DNA of 64,000 nucleotides from a virus: IMG/VR virus record IMGVR_UViG_3300026488_000018, positions 25,721 to 89,720 of that record; one strand, 5' to 3'. Shown piece by piece: positions 57,039 to 64,000 of this stretch (position 1 is its first letter; each line of letters starts with the position of its first letter). The notes under the pieces were generated by a model. It saw only the letters and a program-made list of their open reading frames with translations, ran no database searches and was not told where the DNA came from. The position numbers and the translations under genes were made by a program.

Positions 57039-57920
57039 TTGTTTTCCAAATGGGGTGGTTTTACGATGAGGGTTTTTCGCGTTATGAGCGAGGAGGAGTT
57101 CAATTGTCTGATGGAGAAGGGTTGTGGGTATTGTTTCAAGCGCGATTGGAAGGGCCGCGCGGTGAAGGAGAAGTGGTTCGCGCTGGACGAGGGCTATATT
57201 GCAGCAATTCTTGGGCGGGGTATGTTTCACGGGCGCCGTGTGAAGGATGCGTATCGTTATGTTGTGGAGTTTGATATTCGTGGGTATTGGGGCAAGGCGA
57301 AGCACGAGCTGGGCTATTTAAACATTCCTCTACTGGTAAACAAGCCATTTCACTGCCGCATTGTTTCTTGGTGGGGAGCGGATGAGTGGTTCGAGGAGAG
57401 AGGTAAGACATTACTAAACCCGGTTGGGTATTACTGGAACAGGAACGGTGAGTTGCGCCGTATTGTCGATAGAAAGGAGCTGAAGAATATTGCCCTGAAC
57501 GGGAATGAAGAGCAGGGTTTATTTGTTAGGGCGGATTTTGTTAAGGATGTTTTTGAGGCGCCGTATTATTGCAAGTTGTGTGGCAAGAGCTTCGCGCGGG
57601 TGGAGCAGGCGGTAGCTCATATCGAGAGCGTTCACGGTGCGGTGGATGAGTCGGGCGAGTGTATCGACGCGGTTGGAATGTATGCCGAGGTGGTTGACGC
57701 TGTAGAGCGAGGCTTACTTTATGAGGGCGGTCTTGTTGGCGGGGTTAAGCTGCTGGGTATTGGTTACGGCGGGGTATTGCTTCGTATTGTTGATGGTTGG
57801 GTTGATATTCGCAACCTCGCGCGACTGGGCGTGAGGACTATTTTCGACGACGCTTCATTCGTATTGCCCCACGATGTTGTGATTAAGTTTGTGAAGAAGT
57901 ACGGAGGTGTTGCTAAATGA
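57039..57920 (+). CDS. hypothetical protein with C2H2 Zn finger; probable start ATG 57066
   Basis: YYCKLCGKSF...AHIESVH. Confidence 0.65.
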   Translation: MFSKWGGFTMRVFRVMSEEEFNCLMEKGCGYCFKRDWKGRAVKEKWFALDEGYIAAILGRGMFHGRRVKDAYRYVVEFDIRGYWGKAKHELGYLNIPLLVNKPFHCRIVSWWGADEWFEERGKTLLNPVGYYWNRNGELRRIVDRKELKNIALNGNEEQGLFVRADFVKDVFEAPYYCKLCGKSFARVEQAVAHIESVHGAVDESGECIDAVGMYAEVVDAVERGLLYEGGLVGGVKLLGIGYGGVLLRIVDGWVDIRNLARLGVRTIFDDASFVLPHDVVIKFVKKYGGVAK

Positions 57921-58153
57921 TTAGGTTTGTGGTATTTTATTCAACGCAGAGTAAGAAGCGTGTTGTTGGCGTATTTGAGACAGATAATGCTTTCATTAAG
58001 CCAGACACAGGCGAGCTCAGGATTTGGGTCGGCGGCGACGGCTGGGTATTTACTATCGGCGAGGATGAGATTGGGTCGGTTCTTAGCCAGTTGGTTGATG
58101 GTAAGGATGTTATCATTGTCCACGGCGCGGCGCTGAACAGGGTTGTAGGGTGA
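57917..58153 (+). CDS. small hypothetical protein
   Basis: GGAGGTG RBS. Confidence 0.55.
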   Translation: MIRFVVFYSTQSKKRVVGVFETDNAFIKPDTGELRIWVGGDGWVFTIGEDEIGSVLSQLVDGKDVIIVHGAALNRVVG

Positions 58154-58159
58154 TTTAAA

Positions 58160-58459
58160 ATGCCCAAATATTTTTGTGTAGAAGGTTGGGATGAAAACGG
58201 CAAATATATTGGTGAAGAATGTTATCCACGCGAATTTAAGGCAATTATTCTTGAATTTTTGGATAGTGTTAAAATTTATGTCGAGGGTAAAGACGAAATT
58301 GGAGATTATTGGACAAGGTATACTGTTGATAAGAGAAAATGGTGGAAGGCGTTTGAGGGTATGATGTGGAAGTATAGTGGTATTGATGTTGAGATTGTGG
58401 CCATGTTGGGACATTTTGCATGGATATTTAGAGATGCGAAAATAATAGATATTGGTTGA
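58160..58459 (+). CDS. small hypothetical protein
   Basis: GGGTGA RBS. Confidence 0.55.
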   Translation: MPKYFCVEGWDENGKYIGEECYPREFKAIILEFLDSVKIYVEGKDEIGDYWTRYTVDKRKWWKAFEGMMWKYSGIDVEIVAMLGHFAWIFRDAKIIDIG

Positions 58460-58578
58460 AAAAAGTTGTAATGAAGCGTCATTGATGCTTTGGAGGAATA
58501 GCGATGATTGCAGCAAAAACTTTATAAAGGGCAAGGTGTTAATTATAATCGAAAAACAAAAGCTGGGGGTGGTAGGCA

Positions 58579-58857
58579 ATGACGTGGCAGGTCGAGACTC
58601 TTGATGGTGGCTGGATTTGGAATTTCAATGCGGAGAAGCCAAGCGAGAGTTTTCTTGAGAATATACTGCCGAATGTTAAGTTCGAGGTTCTTCCTGGCCT
58701 TGCCATAAAGGTCAGAGACCCGCTGTTCGGGGAGGCTGTGCTCTTCCCAATGTGGAAGGATGAGGATGGTCTTAGAAAGATTGTTGCTTGGCAGGGCTGG
58801 GTTAAGTTTAAGGGATTAAGGGTAGAGTTGTTTGTGAAGAATCGGAATGTGTTTTGA
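58579..58857 (+). CDS. small hypothetical protein
   Basis: own promoter aaaaactttataaagg. Confidence 0.6.
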   Translation: MTWQVETLDGGWIWNFNAEKPSESFLENILPNVKFEVLPGLAIKVRDPLFGEAVLFPMWKDEDGLRKIVAWQGWVKFKGLRVELFVKNRNVF

Positions 58858-59047
58858 TTCTTATTTTTATTGACAGGTTTTTGTTTTTGTTTAGTTTTGC
58901 TTATGTTATGTTTTGTGGGGTGATGAAGAATGATTAACAGCATTATCATTATGAAGGATGGTAAAGAGATTTTTGGTATAGATGTTGGTGCATATCTTGA
59001 AGATTTATACGCCGAGTATGGTGCGGGGCGATGGCGCGTAGTAATAA

Positions 59048-59785
59048 TTGATAGCAATGGTAAAGTTGTTTATGACAAAGAGGAAAAATATTAGGAGTTT
59101 GTTTGGGGTGAATAGTATGGTCGGCATTAGCGGTATTCGTGATAGACAAGTTGAGTTGGTTAAGAAGGATGGTTACAAGGTTGTTGTGTTTGGCGGTTGG
59201 CCGCGGTGGGAGGAGTATTTTGAGCGATATCTGGATTTGGAGTTCATAGATAAGGATGGTAATGTTGTTGAGTTGAGACCGGAATTTCAATGGCAGTGGA
59301 AGCAGAATTACCCCGAGTTGGTGGTTGAGGATATAGTGAAGCATAGGGCTGTTATAGGTGCATTGAATGATGGCGCGAGAGATTGGCTTTACGGCGATTT
59401 GCTGTATCGGGGTATTAATAAGTGGTTGTTCGTGAGGTATCTTCTTGTGCGGTATAAAAAATGGGTTGCAGAGGAGAGAAATAAGGCATATACAATGTGG
59501 AAGAAAAACGAGCCGTATTGGAACAGGTATAACGGTATTGTGAGGAGGGAAGGGTTGGGTTATATTCCAACTCAGTTAGATGTTGAAGTTGCGTATAAGT
59601 ACGGATATTGGAAGGGTTATTACGATGCTATGAGAAAAGTTAGAGCTGATTTAAAGACGATGGCTATGACCCCGAGGTATGTAATATGGAACGGTAAACG
59701 TCCGGGTATTGTTATTGATACGAAGATTAGTCGTGGTTGGCTGGCGCTGGTTAGGCGGCTGTACGATGTCAGGTTTGAGAAGTGA
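59048..59785 (+). CDS. hypothetical protein; probable start about 59117
   Basis: 245-aa ORF, no motif recognised. Confidence 0.6.
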   Translation: MIAMVKLFMTKRKNIRSLFGVNSMVGISGIRDRQVELVKKDGYKVVVFGGWPRWEEYFERYLDLEFIDKDGNVVELRPEFQWQWKQNYPELVVEDIVKHRAVIGALNDGARDWLYGDLLYRGINKWLFVRYLLVRYKKWVAEERNKAYTMWKKNEPYWNRYNGIVRREGLGYIPTQLDVEVAYKYGYWKGYYDAMRKVRADLKTMAMTPRYVIWNGKRPGIVIDTKISRGWLALVRRLYDVRFEK

Positions 59786-60071
59786 TGGGTATGTAGAGAA
59801 CGCGCTGGGCGAATTCGTAAGACGAAATTTTGAACAGACAGGTAAGACACCACTATACCTCAGCCGCGGTATTGCTTTGTACCGAAGGGGAGATGTTATA
59901 GTTCAGGACGAGGTGAGCGATATTAGGATGGCGATTATGTTTTAGTGGAGGCGATGGAAGCATATGCACCACGGGCGAGGTAAGGCTGTATCGCTGGTGG
60001 TTAAGACGGATGATGTTGTTGAGTAATGATGTTTTATTTCGCGCGGGTTTGAGGTTTGTCCCTTTTAACAT

Positions 60072-60326
60072 TTGGTGGTGTATCTTTATTGGGTGATGAA
60101 CTTGGATAAGGCGCCGCTGGGTATTGTGTTGACGGCGGTTGTTATTTTGAGTGTGTTCGGGGGTATTATGTATTTGAGCGGTGATAATACATACGAGCAG
60201 AAGACGTATAACTTTGACGAGCGCGACAGGGTGTTTGATTGCGTCATCGGTGCTAACGACACAGTATTATCGTGTAAGTATTTGGATGATGGTTCGAGTA
60301 TAGATTGGCTCCCGGCGCTGAGGTGA
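60072..60326 (+). CDS. small membrane-anchored protein
   Basis: N-terminal TM helix. Confidence 0.5.
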   Translation: MVVYLYWVMNLDKAPLGIVLTAVVILSVFGGIMYLSGDNTYEQKTYNFDERDRVFDCVIGANDTVLSCKYLDDGSSIDWLPALR

Positions 60327-60911
60327 TGCAATGGATGGACTATACGAGAAAGTGTTGATTTTCTTTTTGGGAGCAGTGATTGGCCCCGTAATCGGAACTT
60401 TAAATACCCTAGCGTTGGTATTGTCTTTCGTAGCTGTTGTTGTGCTGATGAATGGGGGGGCGCAGGCTTAGGAGACAGTTCGAGGAGTGACGAAAACTTT
60501 AAAACCCCCGCCCGCAGTATTGTTTTTTGAAGGTGATGAATGATGGTAGGGTCAGCGTTGAGAATAGTTTAGTTTTTGATATTAAGTTTGATTTTATGGG
60601 TTTGGTGAGATATATCGGAATTGTTATATCAAGAATGGGAAGGCTAGGTGGAAAGATGATGATAGTTTCGCAGGAATATTAAAGCTGAAGTTCCCTTATT
60701 TCGGAAAGAACGTAAAGATAGTTCTTGATAATTTCATGAGGGAGATACATCTGGGGGGGATAATATTTGATAACAGAAGCACAATGATGGTGTTTAAGAA
60801 TTGGTATAAACATATTGGTGAAGACGAGTTTTGGAAAATTGTCGCAGACGCTTTTAGGAGGGATTTGGAGTATTATTTGTCGGGAGGTGATGTTAACGCT
60901 TATGATAGACG

Positions 60912-61853
60912 ATGAAGAGGCGCTTGGTATTAACGCGGTTTATTTTGGAGGTGTTTACGGTGATTGATGGGTTTATTCGTTATCCCAAGATTTATAGGTT
61001 AGGTCACGAGAAGAATCGTGGCATTTTCGAGCGCGGTATTGTTTATGTCACGGAGAAGGTCGATGGGGCGAATTTTCGGTTTATGAATGATGGAGGTAGG
61101 CTTAGGTACGGCAGTAGGCGGAGAGAACTTACGGGTGTTGATGATGTTGGTCAGTTTAGGAGGGCGGTTGAGAAGGTCCTCGAGTTCGAGCCCGGCGATT
61201 TGCACGAGGGTTGGGTGTATTTTGTCGAGTATATGATTCCGCACACAATTCAGTACGATTGGAACAGAACCCCACTGTTCCTGGGTATTGATATTTGGAA
61301 TGGCGAGAAATGGTTGAGTTATGATGAGGCAGAGAAGGAATTTGCGCGGCTGGGTATTGAAATTGTTCCACTGGTTGATGTGCGAGATGTGAGCGAGATT
61401 GATGAGCATTATTTGGATAAGGTAATTCCTAAGTCGAAGTATTACAACGGCGAGGCAGAAGGCGTGGTGTTCAAGAATTACGATTTGCAGATTTTCGCAA
61501 AGTTGGTATCGGAGAGGTTCAAGGAGAGGAATGAGAAGGTGTTCGGCAAGAGCAAGAAGAAAGCTCGTCAGGAAGGTTGTGAGGCGTATTTATTGGAAAA
61601 GTACGTTCCCCCGCGCCGCGTTGAGAAAGTCATCCAGGCGCTGGTTGATGAGGGTTATAGGTTGAGCATGGAGTTAATGACAGTATTGCCAAGACGGGTA
61701 TTAGAAGATGTTATCGAAGAGGAAGGCGCTGAGATTTTCAGAGAGAATTGCACGGTTGATTTCAGGAAGTTCAGGAAGTTGATTTCCAGACGGTGTTATA
61801 ACGTATTGCAGAGGATGCTAGCTGTACAGAGCGTTATCGATAAAGGAGCATAA
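60912..61853 (+). CDS. RNA ligase, Rnl2-like nucleotidyltransferase; probable start GTG 60960
   Basis: motif I TEKVDGAN, YFVEY, LGIDI, EGVVFKN, FAKLVSERFKE. Confidence 0.85.
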   Translation: MKRRLVLTRFILEVFTVIDGFIRYPKIYRLGHEKNRGIFERGIVYVTEKVDGANFRFMNDGGRLRYGSRRRELTGVDDVGQFRRAVEKVLEFEPGDLHEGWVYFVEYMIPHTIQYDWNRTPLFLGIDIWNGEKWLSYDEAEKEFARLGIEIVPLVDVRDVSEIDEHYLDKVIPKSKYYNGEAEGVVFKNYDLQIFAKLVSERFKERNEKVFGKSKKKARQEGCEAYLLEKYVPPRRVEKVIQALVDEGYRLSMELMTVLPRRVLEDVIEEEGAEIFRENCTVDFRKFRKLISRRCYNVLQRMLAVQSVIDKGA

Positions 61854-62033
61854 GGTTTATAAAGGGTGAAGTTATATGAATTATTAAGCAGTTTGAGATG
61901 GCTGGGAGTTTGTAAAGGTGGTCGGCGGGGTTGTTGGGATTGGTGTAATCAGAGGGATTAACGAACGCAGCTAAATTCGTGGTAACTATAATCAGTAACT
62001 GAACCACGGTATTGTTTTTTGGAGGTGAGTAGG

Positions 62034-62348
62034 ATGAAAGTGTATGTTGTTGTTGAATGGGCTATCGATTATTTTTACAAGGTTTGGGGCGTATTTTCAA
62101 CCAAGGAGAAGGCTGAATAGTTTGTAGAGAAATTAAAACGGCTTAGTAAGATTACATCGCCGGAACTTTTAGACGGTGAACTTCATATCGATGAAGTGGA
62201 ACTAGACGATGATAGTGTATATCTCGTTGAGTGTAGGTGGTTTAATGATAGTGGCGAGGTAGTTCACAGGTATTATAGTAGGTTGACAAAGGATAGAAAC
62301 TATCACGATAAGGGTATTGGATATGAGTGCAGAGTAGTGGAAGATTAA
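62034..62348 (+). pseudogene. small phage protein interrupted by in-frame TAG (62118..62120)
   Basis: MKVYVVVEW...GVFSTKEKAE*FVEKLK...IDEVELD; frame stays open 75 codons after the TAG; GGAGGTGA RBS. Confidence 0.65.
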
Positions 62349-62534
62349 GTATGCAATGAGACTGAGAAGAGAATTACAGACGTGGTGGTAGCAAAGTTAA
62401 AGCCCGCAGTATTGTTTTTGGAGGTGATGCAGAATGAATTGGATAGGTGAGTTGTTAGATGCAATTGAAGGCGCAGGGTATCTTATTTCGAAAGTCTGCG
62501 TTGAATTATGCAGAGCAGCCTGAGGTGAAGTTTC

Positions 62535-62729
62535 ATGGATGATGAGTGCGTTAAAGAATATATGGAATTTATTGAGTTTCTAGAGAGGGTTGGTGTTGAT
62601 TATGTTGAGTTGGGAAATGATGTGGGATTCATCGTACCAAATGATTTTGGGGGTTTTGGTAATTTTAAATGTCTGCGGATTGCATGGAAGGGTATGGTTA
62701 GAATTGCTGTGGTGATGAAAAATGACTAA
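62535..62729 (+). CDS. small hypothetical protein
   Basis: GAGGTGA RBS. Confidence 0.5.
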   Translation: MDDECVKEYMEFIEFLERVGVDYVELGNDVGFIVPNDFGGFGNFKCLRIAWKGMVRIAVVMKND

Positions 62730-62830
62730 TGCTGAGTTTGTTGTAGTTGCAGATTGTAATTCTTCTGGTTATGTGGCTGGTTGTTATATTTATTGCACTT
62801 TCTATTAAGGACGATGGGGGGTGATGTGCA

Positions 62831-63310
62831 ATGAAGATTAAGTTTGGTGATTTGAATATTAATTTGTATGTTGAATGGAGGTTATGGCCATCGTTTCATA
62901 AGGATAATGTTGAATTTAAGGTCAGTAGGTTCAGGAAGGGTATTCGTGTTATAAATTCTTATGGTGATATTGCAGTAATTAAGGTGAATCCCGATAGTTA
63001 TTTCATCAGAAAATTATTGGTTGAAAATCGGGACTTTTTGAGGGATATTCTTTTGAGTGATTGGGTTCGGCGTTATGGGGAGAGGCATGTTATTATTTTC
63101 AAAGATGGTAAATGGCTGAGTGTTTTGGCGTATGCGTATGAGCCTGCAGAAGATTGTATTACGTATTATTATGTGGTGAATAACAACGCGGTAGATGATA
63201 AGAAGGTTATACCTAAAGATTCGATTCTTGTTGTTGTGGATGTTAAGTATGGTGTTCCAATTTATGGAAGTATTTTTGGAGGTACTAAGAATGAAGGAGA
63301 AGATTCTTGA
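62831..63310 (+). CDS. hypothetical protein
   Basis: GGGGGTGA RBS. Confidence 0.6.
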   Translation: MKIKFGDLNINLYVEWRLWPSFHKDNVEFKVSRFRKGIRVINSYGDIAVIKVNPDSYFIRKLLVENRDFLRDILLSDWVRRYGERHVIIFKDGKWLSVLAYAYEPAEDCITYYYVVNNNAVDDKKVIPKDSILVVVDVKYGVPIYGSIFGGTKNEGEDS

Positions 63311-63654
63311 GTTTCTTGAGTTTATGGAAGAGAATGGTGCCGAGGTTAATTATGAATATTTGATTGCTAGATGGCGCAAGAATGGGTTTAGTGGTGAATT
63401 TGAGTTTGGTGTGTAATTTGTTGTATTGAACGATGGCTTTTTGTTTATATATAGTTCGAATAGGATGGAGTTTGATGAAATTAAGGATAGGATTTATGGT
63501 GCTGTATATTTCCCGGTTAGTGAGGTTGATAGGATTGGAGATATTGTGAAGAGTATTATACCATTGCCAAATACGATGGGAATGTTTGAACCAAAAACTT
63601 TATAAAGTCTAAAGCCGTAGTATAGAATGACACGAACGGTGGGAGGGCTCGAAG

Positions 63655-64000
63655 ATGAGGAAGGTGTTCGTGAACCTGACTGCCCACAACCTTACGGAAG
63701 AGCAGGTCGAGGAAGCCAAGAGGAGGTTTGGCGTTAGTGAGTTTCTTAGCGCTGAGGATATACTGGATAAAGAAGTTGTTGCGAAGCTAAGGCAGAGCCC
63801 CGGTAATATCGAAGAACTTAGAGCACTTGCGCTTGATGTTGCAGAGGTGCTTGAGCAGTATGCTAGGAAGAATAATGTGGAGCTTTACGTTCACCTACCG
63901 GCGGGAAGCCCAGCGTTTATGTGGGTGTTATCATTAGTGTGGCCATATGGTTGGGCAATACCGGTGTTTAGTCATAGCCGTAGGGAGGTCATAGAGGAGA
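63655..64000 (+). CDS. Csx20-like small CARF-related protein, candidate viral ring nuclease (3' truncated by window)
   Basis: MRKVFVNLTAHNLTEEQVEEAKRRFGVSEF...VHLPAGSPAF...AIPVFSHSRREVIEE; own promoter at about 63591; absent from ORF track because no stop is reached. Confidence 0.6.
   Translation, partial: MRKVFVNLTAHNLTEEQVEEAKRRFGVSEFLSAEDILDKEVVAKLRQSPGNIEELRALALDVAEVLEQYARKNNVELYVHLPAGSPAFMWVLSLVWPYGWAIPVFSHSRREVIEE

Noticed and set aside
245-61409. All minus-strand ORFs in the track
   Set aside because: They shadow + strand genes, are Ser/Ile/Leu-rich antisense translations, and lack RBS or motifs
62118-62120. Genome-wide amber recoding
   Set aside because: TAG ends well-supported genes such as polB (23783-23785); only one internal TAG was noticed
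1-64000. Integrase, att sites or IS elements
   Set aside because: No recombinase or transposase motifs or terminal inverted repeats recognised in this window

Overview
The window is a large part of a head-tailed (Caudoviricetes-type, HK97-fold) virus of an archaeon, probably a hyperthermophilic euryarchaeote. The host assignment is inferred from BRE/TATA promoters, GGAGGTGA-type ribosome-binding sites and archaeal-type TFB, RadA, PriS-PriL, PolB, XPF and Hel308 genes. All credible genes are on the + strand. From 0.6 to 42 kb lie the core modules: head (portal, prohead-protease polyprotein, scaffold, major capsid, adaptor, two beta-helix spikes, terminase), replication/recombination, a class II ribonucleotide reductase with an Asp-ended mini-intein, and a complete 7-deazaguanine DNA-modification set (folE, queD, queE, queC, Ntn-amidotransferase, dpdA-like). 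From 43 to 64 kb lies an accessory region with iteron-like repeats, about 17 short cassettes each behind a near-identical promoter, paralogous small proteins, a structured ncRNA candidate, an RNA ligase and a Csx20-like ring-nuclease candidate. The most novel-looking element is a shared ~40-aa VPxExRxY...GPxGG module that precedes an R-S-E ADP-ribosyltransferase and each of two HipA/PI3K-like kinase domains, suggesting a tagged, virion-delivered effector system. All family calls come from motif recognition by eye; no database searches were run.
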